NCBI GenBank assembly: GCA_002633005.1
Contig: NMRA01000028.1
Location: 1,513,630 to 1,577,629, forward strand
From: Phoronis australis
Taxonomy: Eukaryota; Animalia; Phoronida
DNA: 64,000 nucleotides
Direction of reading: 5' to 3'
The notes under the pieces: generated by a model
What the model saw: the letters and a program-made list of their open reading frames with translations, nothing else
What the model was told of the DNA's origin: nothing
Database searches by the model: none
In this document: piece by piece, positions 12,948 through 26,763 of the stretch
How the letters are laid out: each line of letters opens with the position of its first letter
How positions within the stretch are numbered: position 1 is the first letter of the stretch
Position numbers and translations under genes: made by a program

Positions 12948-14683
12948 GAGGATTAAACAGATTAGTCACAGAAAGACGAGGCTGACCTGTCCCAACCTTG
13001 CTTTAGTGCGCCTCCTGGTGTTGATGTTAGTAAAACGTCATTGCCATAAATCAGTAAAGATTCTAAGGACCGGTGAAGGCCCAAGTTTTTGGATCCTGGG
13101 ACAATGAGTATTACAGTATCAAATGGTACAAGACCAGTATCAGAAAGCATTCGTAATCAAGTTAATGCTGATTGTTATGTATCACTCACTACGCCTCATG
13201 TTTCAATTTTACTTATAGCAAACTTCAGTTGAGGTAACCGCATACCTGCAGCTGGTTAAGTTCAAGGGGACTTTACCAAGGAATGTACTTAACAAATTAT
13301 TTGCCTGTTCACATGAACTTTTGACAGTTAAGTGAGAGGTGATGTGGCATGTTCCGCCACACCATAATTAACAAAGATACTGTACTCCCAATTGTCTCAA
13401 GTTGAGGAGTCGGTTTGAAGCACATAGAAAGGTTTACATATTTTTGCCAGTAAAAGTGTATCCAGAAAATGTTTTTTTGTGAAAAATCTTGTAACCAACA
13501 CACTATAGAACTGTGCTAGTTGGGTTTTCTTCAAAGTTAAAATTCTTCAGATAATTTTGACATAGAGGGATAACCTCCATCAGCTGGGTTGAACCAAACT
13601 TGTGCATGTTCTACTGCTTGTATGTGGAGCCTTGTTATGATTGAAAGATGGAATTTTCTGTTGCATTGAATTTTACACGATTAGTTATTTAGTGTGCCAA
13701 TTGGTAAAATTCATGACTTGAAGTAGGTAATAAGTTTTGTCAGTATCAAGGATGTTTGGATTTTAATTATTCAGCAATCTGTCATACTTTTAATGCTGGA
13801 AGCATTCCAGAAACTAAAATTAATATCAATTTCTTATTTGTTTCTTCAGCAATTATATTCACGTCTCAATAACATCAAGAAAGTGCCGTGGATTTCGGTA
13901 AAAATTATTCAGTTTGAGGCATTAGTAAAATTTCGTTTTTATGCAATGTTTGAAAATCAGAAAATGTTTAAAATGTTTATTTTTTGTTTAGGGTTTGAAG
14001 GCTACAGCTTTCACCAGACAAGAGTTGATAATTTTTTAAGCTCCCGTTGTAATGTAGCATGCATAATTTTTGTCTAAAGGATTGGAACTGTAAGTGGCCA
14101 TTTTGTATGTAACCTAAAATCAATATCTTGATACCCTCAACACAACTTTTTGCGACTTGTCTAATGCTTTTGTCAACACGATTCAACAGCATTACACGGG
14201 TGTTGTAACATTGTTACCTGAATGGATGCTACTTGGATCCAATCGCTACTGATAAAATTTCTATGTTAGAAGTTAAATTAATATCTTATTTAGGAACGGA
14301 AGACGACGGAAATAAGTTGCTGTTATTTCATGTCATTCCTATACCAATAGATTTATTTTAGTTTTTATTTATTTTTACTGATAATCTTAGTCTTATTTGT
14401 TGTCCTTTACTTCAGTTTGTGTGTCTTTCAGTCTGCATCTGTCAACTAAAGTATGCCCTACAGTATGGTACTGTCAGTCTATGTGAAAAATCAATATTAT
14501 TTATGAATTGCAGAGCCATTGAGTCCATCTCAGATCGGTTTTATTTTGAAATCCAACAAATTATAACCATACAGGTGGTTCGAAACCTTACACAACTAAA
14601 TATTGTTCAGGTATGACGAGGTGAAGAATCTCTCCATGGCTTCAGGTAGTTGTGCCCATTGTCCATGGCCACAACCTTTATCT

Positions 14684-17600
14684 TTACTTGCTCCCCCAGC
14701 CCAGCCAACCACTGACCATACTGGTGAAACCGCCTTTCTTTTTCTGGTCCATTTTGTCATCCAGAGAAGGCAACTGGACATGGTTGAGAGCCAGGTCAAA
14801 GAACAATGGCTTACATGGCACTGGCTGGAAGTCTGGCCTGAGGTTGACGAATGCTTCCTTCCGAGACACTATCTGGCTATCCTCAGCATACATGTGCAGT
14901 CTGTCAGCAAGAAGCTGCAAGGATGAAAAACAAAAGGCTCAACAACTGAATTTTCTGATATAGTACAAAATACAACAGCATCTTAATGCATCCTAAATAG
15001 TACGAAGACCATTTTAGCAGTGTTTAAATAAATATAACCAGCTGGAGTGGAGTGTTCCAATAGGAAACAGTTGCCTCAACAAAACAATTCTTTGGCGCTC
15101 ATGAGTTTCAGAACATGGGAAACTATTCACAGATACGTCACCTACGACATATGTGGACAAATATACATCATTTAGCTCTGGACAGATGACAAATCATTCC
15201 TCATCATGAGAAATGTTAATAATTTTGTTATTCACAAATCTGCATTAGTAATATAAAAACAAACTATAGATTATTTCTTTAAATGCATTGTTTCTCAAAG
15301 TAGAGAGCCAATAGGATGTTTGTCCTTAGACCAATTTTCTATTAATTGGGTTGTGTGATCATGTCGTTTTAATGACATTTTGGCAAAAGATACAGACTCA
15401 GTACAGTGTTCAAATTTCTAATTTCTAAAGGTATAAAAGATCAAAAATGCAATTTTCTTAATCATTGTATTGTTTTTGTTTCATTCCACTTAAAAGTTAT
15501 GTTCATAAAAATTCCAGAAGTCCTATTTCTGATAGACCCTCGTACAAAATTAAAACATTTAAAAACTTTCTAACACAATTTTGGAGAATAAGCATACAGC
15601 ATAGTTTGTAAAAGTTTTGGAATACAGTCCATAACGCATACACGGTACATTTGAAAGTTTCATTTAAATGTGAATGGCCACATTTTTCTAAGGTTGCACA
15701 TAACCTTAAACTTAAAAGTGTCTTACCCGTTTGTCCTTGGCAGACAGGTGTTGAATAGGGCTGCTCTGAGTGTCCATGACGCTACCCGCATGGCATGAGT
15801 ACTTGCTCTCCTCAACAGACTCCGCAAGCGTTTTCAAGTCATCCTGGTATTTCTACGGATAACATATCAAGTTGGATAATACAACCAATTATTGATGAAC
15901 AATACCTATTAACATAATTAACACAGAAGATTGCACACACTGTCGGCTCACTCTATTCAAACGGTAAATAAACTTAGCAACAGTCTTAAAACTAGTTACT
16001 TCAACCAACTGGGGTTGTGTTCCATCAACCCAAGATTAGCTTGCACTAACAGCGAAAAATCTTCCCTTATGAAACAGAAACGGTAAAGTCAATCCCACAA
16101 TTCAACATTACCACATACCTTTCCAATCATATCAGTGGGCGCTAACGAACTCTGGAGGCATACTAGCGAAAGACTCGGCTTTTACTTATACATTGCACGA
16201 TCTTGCTTTTTTTGCACGAAACTACACTGGTGATCTCAACAAACCACCCCATGTAAATGTAGATGAAATTTGTTCGGAAGATGCTTTATCTGATAACAGT
16301 TCTAGGGCCTGTTCCAAGAAACCAACTAAGTTCATTATTGACCTAAGACCAAGATTTGTCTCCACCTCTAAACTTTGAAACTTCCACATCGGCCAAGTTA
16401 CGTCAAATTTAAGTCAAAAACTTTAAGTCAAACTTCAGATCATTTTCTTGGGATGCACTTCAGACAAAGTTTAGTTTTATCTTAAACTTGGCTTAAGTTT
16501 TTGTCTTAGCAGAGTCAGTTTTTATGAAACGGACCCCAGTACATTTATTGTACAAAACAAAAATTCCGCCCTAAGCCCTATATTAAATAGCAAGAAACAA
16601 CACTGGAACAAACGAATCAAATGCAAACGATTCCCATGCATAAATGGCACAACCTCAGCCATAAGAGATCGAAGTTGGCGTTCCATTCTTCCAGTTCTAT
16701 GGACCTCCACATTACCTGACTATTCTCCATGGCATCCTTAGTGCAGGCCTCCTCAGCGCTGTGTATATATTGCTGAGTCCTCTCAAACAATGCAAGAGCT
16801 TCCGGCCACTTCTTTAGCTGGGAATATGACTGCCCAATATAGAAGCATCTACCAAAACAGGACAATCCAAAGTAAACCAAAAAATAAAGAAAAACTTTGA
16901 TGTTATCACTTCAATCCCACAATGCATGAAGTTGTAATATTGAGTAGATATTTGGGTCTGCCCTAGCAACATGAATTACATAGATTTTCATGAATTACAA
17001 CAGCTTAAAGTAATGTGTCCTGAATCACTCCCAGAAACAATTGTTTTAATAACAAATTAGTGAAGAAAATAACATACTGCAATTGCAAACGTGTTTCAAC
17101 AGCCTGTATTTGGGAAACCATATCTTCTTAGTCTTGAAAATGGTACTGCAACTGTCGAAACATGTTGCCAATTGCAAAATATGATATTTTCAAACTACTT
17201 AAAGCATATAAAACATTACATCCTTCACCTGTACTTCTTTCATAAAATAACAGATAAAAGTTGGTGTAATTTCTGAATCAGTAAGGCAGACGTTAGATAA
17301 ACAAATACTTACTTAAAGGCTTTGAAGACCAAGACTTCTGCCTCGATCTCTGCGTGCAAATCAGTCTTACTCTGCAGACCACTCAGCTGTGGGATCTCCA
17401 TCAAATTCTAAAATGAGGTACAAAATTCAGCAAACAACAAAAGCTCAGTCACAATCTAATACAATGGTCGGAGGGAAGACATGTCAAAAAGTGTAAGTGG
17501 CGCAGTGACTATTGTTAAAACACAGTTAACATCAATGTGATGTGAAGATGATACAACATAATGACAATGGCAATCGCAAACAAACACTGTTTACAAAGTA

Positions 17601-20600
17601 ACTCCATTGCAAGCAAAAATTTTGGAGAATGAAAAGGTAAACTTGAGAATTTCAGATGTGCTCCGGCTCAAACTAGCACCCCTACTGGCTGTAGTGATAG
17701 AAAGCGTGAAAACAAGTCAACTACTGCCAAATTGGGTAGCCACTCTGACCAACATTGTGTAGACAACAACTTAGGGAAGTTGCATATTTATATGTCTGCC
17801 ATGAATTAAAAATGATTTATACAATTAATGTATTATTTTAACAGACCATGGCATCCTTGTTCACCTGACAACATTGCTATTTTTTTTAAATACACAACAT
17901 TAGTTTCTGAGTTATACATTTAGCCGAATATATTAATGGCACTTTTGATGGGAGCATGTCGCCAGATGTATAATTTAAGCTCTACATAAGACACAACCTG
18001 CTTAAACATTGTTTTCTATCCACATGATAATTTTAATTAAATAATAATAAATTAATAAATTTGTCAGTAATATTGCTGTAAGCTTTTCAAAAACTGACCA
18101 TCACTTATCTCTTCCCAGACAAGCTCCGTTACACTTTTTAGCAGAAAACACCAAATTAAGCCTGGTAAAACTCAACCAAAATTCCACACTCACCACTTGA
18201 GCTTTATGAATCTACCTCAGTAGCCACTTGGTGGCGCTGTATATCAAAGGTTAAACATTTTCCAGTGGAGGTCACCATATATTTCCTCTCCTATTTATTA
18301 CAAGCCATACACGTGAGAGAAAAAATACTACCCAATAGATAAATACAAAACATCTGAACAATGATGGCATATTTCAAACAAGAACAACTTACAGTGACAG
18401 GTCGTTCATCAATGTTCCATATTATTTCGTTAAAAAAACCTACCTGTATGACAATTTCATACAACCGCACCAGTTCATGTGGTCTAGCTACGACTTTGCC
18501 CTCACCATCAGGAACCAGACTGTTTTTCAGAGACTGAACCATCACCAAGTTGCGCTCGACTGTCTTCCTCAGACGCAGGTACGTCAGATAAGTGTGCAGG
18601 AAATGAAGACTGGACACTTTACCATCTGACTGTGGCTCTCTCTGGCTGGCTACAAATTTCTGAAAAAGCAATTCACTAGAGTATGTTGATTATGTCTATC
18701 GCAACCTCACTTTAAAACTAGCAAGTGTCTTGCAAGCCCAACAAGATCAAACAAGATGATCTTAAAGGCTGCCACTGAAAAATAGTTGGACACCTACATG
18801 TGCTACCAGCTTGTGGCAGAAAATGGTATCTGCGCTTTCAAGGTCCCAATAATTCCATTGCTGACAACCCTAAGTAGCGACATTTCCGAAAACAATTGTT
18901 TAGGTTCATTTTTTATGTTGAAAATTTGCTAATCAAACAAGATAACACCACAGACCAAATGGAGTTAATTGAATGTTCATCAAGTCCCCAGTTGAAGTTC
19001 ATCACTTCAGGTTGACGTAATTAGCACAGCGTGGGACTTGTAATCAGTTCCTGGCCACTGAGTACTTGCAAGGGACACGTACCCGATAACTCTTGTTTTC
19101 ATCAAAACAATTACAGGAGAGTGCATAACTTAATAAAGCCCACACATAGTTGTGACCAGTAATCACCTTAAACAGTCGCAGACTGCACTATATGACACAT
19201 AAAAAAGAAAGGCCAAATTTCAGCAAAATAAAAATAATAACTAGTCACAGTTAAAAATTCACAATTCATGAAAACCAGCAATTGTTATTAAAAATGTTCC
19301 AGTAGAAAGATGATATTTGCAATGTAACATAAAGTGTGTGCTTTTTTGTGACCTCACTGCATGACTTAATTAACTCACAGGATCAGCCTTCAGCTCGTCT
19401 CGGAGCACTTGAAGAGTATTAACACACTCTTTCAACAGACTTTCGTAAATGGACACTTTGCTGTCAAGATCATCAGCCTGTGAAATATCCTTCTCTCCCT
19501 CTTGTAAATTTAGCAGGAACATGCGTACACTCTCATTTTTTATTGGAATGCACCGGCCAAGCCATGTAACCTCCAGTAGACTGGAAGCCTGCTTCTCGCG
19601 ACTTTGGGCAATAAGTTCCTGAAAAGCAGGGAACATTTTATCACACCAATCTATAACATTCCATCCAACAGCCACTAGTTTTTAACCAGCCACCAGCAGG
19701 CTAACATTATGCCCATCAAAAAGAACATCTCATTTCAAAGTATTAGTTTGATGTTATTAAGATGAGTATATAAGAAATCATTATGAAATATTGCTAATAA
19801 TCTCCTAGACTCACCAATTTTTACCAACATGAGAAATGTTTAACAAGTGCATTATCAAAATACCTGCACCAAATTCAAATACCAAAAAGCAATCTTGAAA
19901 TAGGCACTCCTACCAACAGACACTCAATACACAAATTTCAGCAACACATTCTTGTAATCACTTTGTCTCAACTAGACAGTATATTGAAGGTAACAGAGCT
20001 ACCTTAATACGATCATGACACTTACATCAAGCCTTGACGTCAACATGTCTTCTCTTCCTGATTTCATTCTCATCTGTACCAAATCCTCCAGAGCGGACTC
20101 ATCTCCTATCTTATACGCGCAATAACGTATACTAGGAGTTATCTCTTCGACTTTTTGTCGGAAAAGCCCTTCCTCGTCAGCAAATGCAGAGTCCAACTTT
20201 TCATAGATAGTCCTAGAAACATTCAGACATACATGTTTAAACATTAATATTCATGAAATATGTAATTTTTCTAATTAATAATTTATTTTAACAAAATAAT
20301 AGAAATTAACAGCAAAATGCATGACTTTTCAACAAATGTGACATGAATTACATTTAGAAACACTTCATGTCTGATCCTGGCAAACAAGATAAACCAGCCA
20401 ACTTACTTGGTTTCAGTTAGATGCTCAACTGCCAGTTTCCAGTTTTGCAGTTCAAATTCTAGGCTCCCAGTAATCCATAGGGAATATGCCTGAAAATGTA
20501 CAAGACGAGGTGACTATCAAACACTATACAACTTGTGTTGTCAGAAAGCAACAATGCCTTTTAACATCAAATACACACAGTGGATTTGCTTCAATTTTAG

Positions 20601-23148
20601 ACAAATGTATATCTCAAAAGTGTCATTTTAGGCTATTTCAAACACTTACAAAACTGATATAAATGTTCACAGTTTTATCGCCTCTTTGCAGTACAGCACA
20701 GCACAACACCAATTACACTGAAGAGAACTAAAAATATATTTTATCGTTTTTTTGTTTAGAAATTCACGCTCACACAAACTCACAGCCCATACACTCTAAG
20801 ACTCCTGCCTTCACTTTTCAATTCAGGAAACTCACTTTTCACTTCCCAAGCATTCGAAACTTACACAAAATTGAGTCATGGGAAAATCTGAAGTTGAAGT
20901 GGAGCCCCTGGAGATATGAGGGCATGTGAGTCTACAGCCCTCAACACACCAATATTCACCTGCACTTCCAGTTTTGTTCTGGCATCACACTTGTCACTTT
21001 CACACAGAGCCAGCAGTTCCTGAGCACAGTCTACTGCCTTGCGTAACTTGTTCACCATGTGGAACCGTTTCCTAGGCTCCGTGTTTGCTTCAGACTTGAG
21101 CTGCATGGCGTAACTCCAGTTTCTTTCAGTGGACATCAGTGGAATGAACAAGAATCTAAAAACAGTAACAAAGACTCTCTTCACCTTTGTTTTCTAAACA
21201 AGTATGGTATCCTGAAATGAGCTGCTTTAAGCAGAGTAGTAAAAAATAATGTAGCCTATGTATTACCACAACCAGTGCAAAAGTACTGCATTAAGGCTAT
21301 GGACAATAATGTTGTTTTCACACAGCATGTGTTTCACAGAAGACTAAGCGAGACGTGGGGGAGGATCTGTTGAATGTCAATGTATCACCATGGTCAATGA
21401 CAGAAACAGCAGCTGTGGAATGCTTTTGCAGAGGCCTAAATGCAGCATCTAGGCACAAAATAAGAGCACCACCCAAGTACCACATCATGTCTTTCGACAT
21501 ATTTACAGCTAAGCACAGATGTGGACTCACACTGAAAAATCTTTTGCTCTAAACTTCTGCATTTGAAATGACTTATACGGTAAAGTTTCTTTAACTTAAA
21601 ACACAATATGGTGAATCAGTAAAAGTTTATTTTATCAAAGTGTTCAACACAAGTAAGTACAAGAAGAGAATTTTACTAATTGTTTGAAAACTTCACATTC
21701 CGTACTATAGCGGTCATCGACAAACACAAGATGAAATTTTGATCATTTTTGGAAATAAGCAAGTTTGAAAATGACAATTTTGGCCATTACTTTTGTTCGA
21801 ATTTAATTAAAACTTTAACCTACATCTAGTACTTGTAACACGAACCTGACGTCAGCCAAGATGTCTTCTGAAATCTTTTTAGGCTTGTAATAGTTTTTCT
21901 GACCCTGCTGGAAGTGCAGGGACTTTCTAATTCTGCGTATCCTCCTGGAACAGTAGCTACGATAGCGCTGGTAATCACCGTGGCGCAGTCCATGCTGTTG
22001 TTGAGCCTCACTTATAATATGTAACACTGCAACGAAAGTTGAAGCTTACTGAGCAGCTGGCAATAGTCACTTTCAGGGGTCCTGCATTTTAAGTACCAGT
22101 TTGATGCCTGTTATTGAGTGGAGAAAACTGGTTCTCAAAATTTGGACCCTTGTAAATGACTATTATACGGCGCGCACTCCTATTTTTACCACGCCCGCCA
22201 GGAGCGTGCTCAGTGTTAAAAATGGCCAGATACTGATTTGGGCAACTAAATGAAGGACTGCTCAAAGAAAAAGTATGATTACGGTAGTATTTGTTGGAGT
22301 TCGAAGGAGTTAAAGACATTGACAGCCTCCTACGGGGGTGTCCCAAAAGGTACTTATAACAACGTGACTTTGTTGTTTCAATCAGTGTGAGGCATAATTC
22401 GCCGAAAAGCTTCTGGCATAAAAGCTTCACCGTCTCTACTGGGGCCAGCTAGACGGTGGTCACTGTCTAGCTCCTTACAACGTGGTCTATATCCATTTGT
22501 CCCGAGTTTTCATTTTTAAATGTTAGCAACTAAGGGATATGTCAGTGCTTGATTTAGAAAACCAATTTCATCCAATAAGTAAATAGCAGGCCCATTAGTA
22601 ATTTCCATAACTCACTGATTACCAGGTTATCAGTATCAGTTACTGTGCATTTTACAAATGCCTCAAACTTCAGAAAACAGGTTACTTCCTACCCAACTCC
22701 ACTCGTCGTAGTCATATTTAAATCAATTTTCAAAGGTGTTTCAAAATTTGCCTGTTGATTAAAATAAAGCGATTGTGTTATATTTATGCAAACTAACTCG
22801 ATGGTACAAGTTATTTACTAAACGAAAATGAAAATTAAGCAGCTAGGTGGTGCAAGTAGACCTGGATACGAGTTGGCTAGGGTACGAACTGAACGGAAAG
22901 CAAATTTGGGTTCCATCATCGGCACCGTTTCTCGTCGTCGGTCTTGGAGCTTAGATCGAAACTCGAGTTGATTTGCGAGATTAGCCTTTTGTCTTTTAGC
23001 TTCACGTCTCATGAGGTAATGTGACAGAAATATAGCGCATTAGGTTATTCCGAAGATACTAACCATCCAATCTGAATAGTGAATCCAACGGTTTCCCTTC
23101 ATTCTGCAAGTCGCATATGGAATTTTCGCCACGCACATCGTCGTCCAT
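14684..23148 (-). CDS. SRP68: Signal recognition particle subunit SRP68
   Basis: 11 phase-consistent exons: 23148-23064 (MDDDV..), 22026-21846, 21155-20960, 20489-20407, 20212-20026, 19618-19379, 18659-18444, 17407-17313, 16848-16716, 15852-15727, 14914-14684. Diagnostic motifs: 'QQQHGLRHGDYQRYRSYCSRR', 'WSYAMQLKSEANTEPRKRFH', 'IRYCAYKIGD', 'PDFQPVPCKPLFFDLALNHV'. Confidence 0.96.
16305..16536 (+). mobile_element. PIF/Harbinger-type MITE in an SRP68 intron; inverted partial copy at ~59885-60089
   Basis: Termini GGGCCTGTTCCAAGAAA ... TTTATGAAACGGACCC. Internal 'aaactttgaaacttccacatcgg' appears reverse-complemented near 60000-60025, and that copy ends 'tttctcggaacaggccc'. Confidence 0.65.
22059..22166. 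mobile_element. Hairpin MITE family A (copy 2), ~32 nt from the SRP68 exon 2 acceptor
   Basis: GGCAATAGTCACTTTCAGGGGTCC ... TGGTTCTCAAAATTTGGACCCTTGTAAATGACTATT. Confidence 0.7.
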
Positions 23149-23149
23149 A

Positions 23150-23350
23150 TTGCGTGGTTTGCGCTATTGCCACTTGGGGGACTGGGGGTAGCATCGAGAG
23201 TCCTCTAGTGGAATGGATTGAAGACTTTTAGAGCGCGCTCCATAGACGATACGAGCGACCTCTGTGTACACTTAGGCACACTGAGAAAAATAGAGCTCAT
23301 AAGGCACACGTCACGCTACAACAGCAGTTTTTCGAGTAAATCGATTTTTG
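23150..23350 (-). promoter_or_regulatory. Putative SRP68 promoter/5' UTR with a CTCF-like motif
   Basis: CpG-enriched stretch immediately upstream of the ATG; 23198-23211 reads CCACTAGAGGACTC on the minus strand. Confidence 0.4.
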
Positions 23351-24414
23351 ACCTTTAATGAACAAAAATTGCCCCAAAACTCGACCAAAACGTGATTTTG
23401 ATAACACTCATTCTGACGTCACCATTGTTTAGTTCACAGTTTCACGAGAAACTTCATTTTGTTACCACTTGGACTGAAGTGATACATGAATACTTACTGT
23501 GCATACTTGTAGTAGCCTAATTCTACCTCCATAAGTTTTTCCACGGGTAATCATATGTAGGGAAGCAAAATTTTGTGATTGGGATTGAGATTTATGTACA
23601 AGCGACCTCGATTTTGATGTCGTTGTTATCTTTGTTGCTGCATGATACGACATTAAACGTTACTTTTAGTACAGAACAGCCCAATGGATACGTTTCACAA
23701 ATCAGACTTTCAGAGACTTTTAAAAAAGTCTCAAAGTCTGATTGTTATCATGACGTCAACACCATTGTTCAAGAAGTGCAACTTCATTGACGTGACATGT
23801 AATGAAATGACAGCATGCTCCGACTCTGGCCACAGGTGACCTGCAGGCATTCTATAGCCTAATAAGAGCAATGTACATTACTATAATTTTAGTCTCGTTG
23901 AATAAGAGCTTGCGATCCTAAGGCTCGCTGCGAGAGCTTGCACTGTAAAATTCCATATGTCTGATCGACTCAGTTTTGATCGAGTGTTGTAGTTATCACA
24001 AGCCTAATTCCATTGCTTCGTTTTCATTTTATACTGAATTTTATTGTTTATCAAGCGAGACTCGAGGTACTTTTCCAGAAAACCAGCGATTTCCCGACAC
24101 TGACAATTGCATTGATCATACTTAATACGCATCAACAGGCTTTGGATCTGGCTGCCAGTGGATGCCAGGAGCAGTCTAGCCTCTGATATCTTTTTAACCC
24201 TAGTCTTAGAACCACTTTCGACAACTTATCAAGCTATATATATGCAAGGACTGGATTTTCTGGCAACAGGACATTGTTGGTGCCGGTTGAATTGGTGTTA
24301 CTGTATTTTATGAAAAGAAGTGATATTTGGTTTTCTGGGTGTTTTTTCTGCAATCAGTGAAAGTTTAAGCCTTACTAACAGTTATGTTTACATAACTTTC
24401 GCAACGGAACTAAG

Positions 24415-24418
24415 TGTG

Positions 24419-24463
<45 letters not shown>
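24415..24463. repeat. (GT)n microsatellite abutting the assembly gap at 24464
   Basis: Near-pure GT run ending at the N. Confidence 0.9.
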
Positions 24464-24603
24464 NAATTCATTTGTGTCATGTTTACTTGTTGACCAAATA
24501 CCTGTTAATTCCACTCCTGAGGAATGAATGTTGCCTTTAAATAAAATTAAAAAGTGGAAAGTTTTAAGAATCAAATTCAGCGCTTTGTTACTAACAGTGT
24601 ACA

Positions 24604-25024
24604 TTGTACTTGCCAACTATCCCGCTTTTGGCGGACTATCCCACTTTTTGAATTTTTCCCCGCCTCCATCCCGCCACACCATATGAAAATGCCCTGCTTC
24701 TTGACTGACGGTGAAATTGACAGATTTTCATACATACGCGATAGAGCCCTATTTTCCCGTTCGATTAAAAAGAAAAAGCGGAAGTTTCATGGGATTTAGT
24801 GGCACCCGCAATTTCCCATTCGACTTAAAATCGCCGTCAGGAACTTTTGCGTGTTACGTCTTCCGTTCGAAAAAAAAAACGTTGTCCCCACGTTTGTGTG
24901 TGTTGCGGCGGACATTTCACCCTTGCATTTTGGCATAGATCCAGATGTCTCGCTTTTCATCCAAAAGCGCCGCTTTTCAATCTAGTTGTCCCGTTTTTTT
25001 CATTCTAGAATGTTGACAGCTATG
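24604..25024. mobile_element. Probable non-autonomous DNA transposon
   Basis: Imperfect TIR 'tacttgccaac' / 'gttgacagctatg', with subterminal 'tcccgc(t/c)' / 'cgctttt' repeats at both ends. Confidence 0.4.
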
Positions 25025-25299
25025 CAACAGCTGTTCAAAATAACATTGTCTCGTTGTCATGAATATTGTTATTTTCCAGAGTCCACCTTCTTTGGTAACA
25101 TAGCAATCGTAAGAACGTGTTTCAATGTCTCTTGTCTACGGTAACGCGTAGTGCATGCATCCGGATCAATACTTTTTACTTTCTGAGGAAATGAGCTTAT
25201 TTACAAACTACTATGAAAGTCATATACTGCAACCTATGTAGTGATCTATGCACAATACATTTCAAAACTACACAATAAATTTTCGCCCATTTTTATCTA

Positions 25300-25590
25300 T
25301 CAGAGAGCATTTATCTGCAAATTTCGGATAGGTAGTTTGCCGCATTTTTGTAAATGTCAATGCATCCAAATTTCTTGCTGAAGAACGGTATCAAATGGCA
25401 CCGAAGATCTAATTAATGTATGAAGATGTATAATTTGGTATAAGTGCCAGACTGAATTCTTCACGGTAATTGTGACGGATCCATATTTTAAATGTTTTGT
25501 CTTGATAGGATAGAAATCCTTTGAATCGTTGAATTTATTTCCCTTCTGGTTTAAGTAGTCATTTATATAACCTTTCTGGTTCATTTCCAT
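25300..25590 (-). pseudogene. Possible Penelope-like reverse transcriptase remnant
   Basis: Fragments 'DYLNQKGNKFN', 'GSVTITVK', 'LHTLIR', 'QQEI' and, in another frame, 'YPKFADKC' follow the order of the Penelope RT C-terminal region. Highly degraded. Confidence 0.3.
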
Positions 25591-26763
25591 TATGTGTTAC
25601 TACTATACCCTGTTATTTTTCGCAGTTTGGTATGAGAAATAATAATTATTTATGAATTAAATTATTTATCTTTTGCTTCTTGTATAAATCATTATCGTCA
25701 AAAACTAGTGAAGGGCCTTCTAGTGACATGACACTAATGCAATTCAGTGAGTTGAAAAACGGCGCAATTGCGAAGAGTTTTAATGACAGGAAATTTCATA
25801 GCAAGAACCAGCACCGGAACAAATAAATGAGAGCAAATGCCAAGCATGCACGGCGCGAAGTTACCAGCACGAGGTCGAAATTGGCATTTCATGACTATGA
25901 CTAGAGTTCCGTGCTTTTATCGATACTTACACAGAAATGTGAACATATCTATCCACTTCATCATATTGTCTCCACTATGAAATTTCCTATCGAAATCGAG
26001 TGTCTGTTGCAGTTATTACCACTAAGATTCATAATATCAACTATATTGCTCTTAACAGTTTAATAAAAAAACAGGAATATCTTTTGTGAAACTGGTTTTA
26101 CTTATCACCGTACAAACCTGTGGTGTCTTTCGCTGGTCCACCGTTGAACACACCAATTTCCAACTTAAAACTAGCTGGATAACGCTTATAACGAAGATCA
26201 GTCAGTATAAACTTCAAGGATTTCGAAAGATCGATAAGAAAACAGTAACGTTAGCTGCTTGAGGGTAAATAGCTTTGTCGATTTTTTTTCTTAATTTGTC
26301 CTCGGGATTTTTAACTATTTTGCCTAAATATGTAGGTCACTGTATACGGATATCACATTGTCAAGTCTTCAAAAATCATTGTTCATTGAATTGGTAATGT
26401 AGCACAGCCAGTCTGCTGTCACGGTCATTATCCAGAGAAGGACTTATGCAGCAGAGACCAGGGCCCATATTCATGAAATCATTCTATTTTAGTGGCCTAC
26501 TGGTGTTAGCATAGTTTTAAATCTGAAGTTACATTGTTATTATTTGACTTCAAAAAATCAATGACTTTACAAAAACTCAATGCTGGCGTCTCTAATTACT
26601 TGGCAACTAAGGCAGGTGTGGTTGTAAACTACACAGCTATCAAATGACACAAATGTAAAATTGAATAGGCAAGCTGGCGCCACTCCGGTCCCTGATACTA
26701 TTTTTTCCAGTAAATGTTTACTTTTTATCAGAAACAATACCGTATACATTTCCATATACCCGC

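Noticed and set aside
15105-15212. Possible C/D-box snoRNA in the last SRP68 intron (minus strand ATGATGA...CTGA)
   Set aside because: No clean terminal stem and no rRNA/snRNA antisense element I could recognise; such boxes are common by chance in AT-rich DNA.
23050-23064. U12-type donor (GTATCTT) 4 nt inside SRP68 intron 1
   Set aside because: Mismatches the GTATCCTT consensus and would shift the frame; the U2 donor GTTAGT keeps frame.
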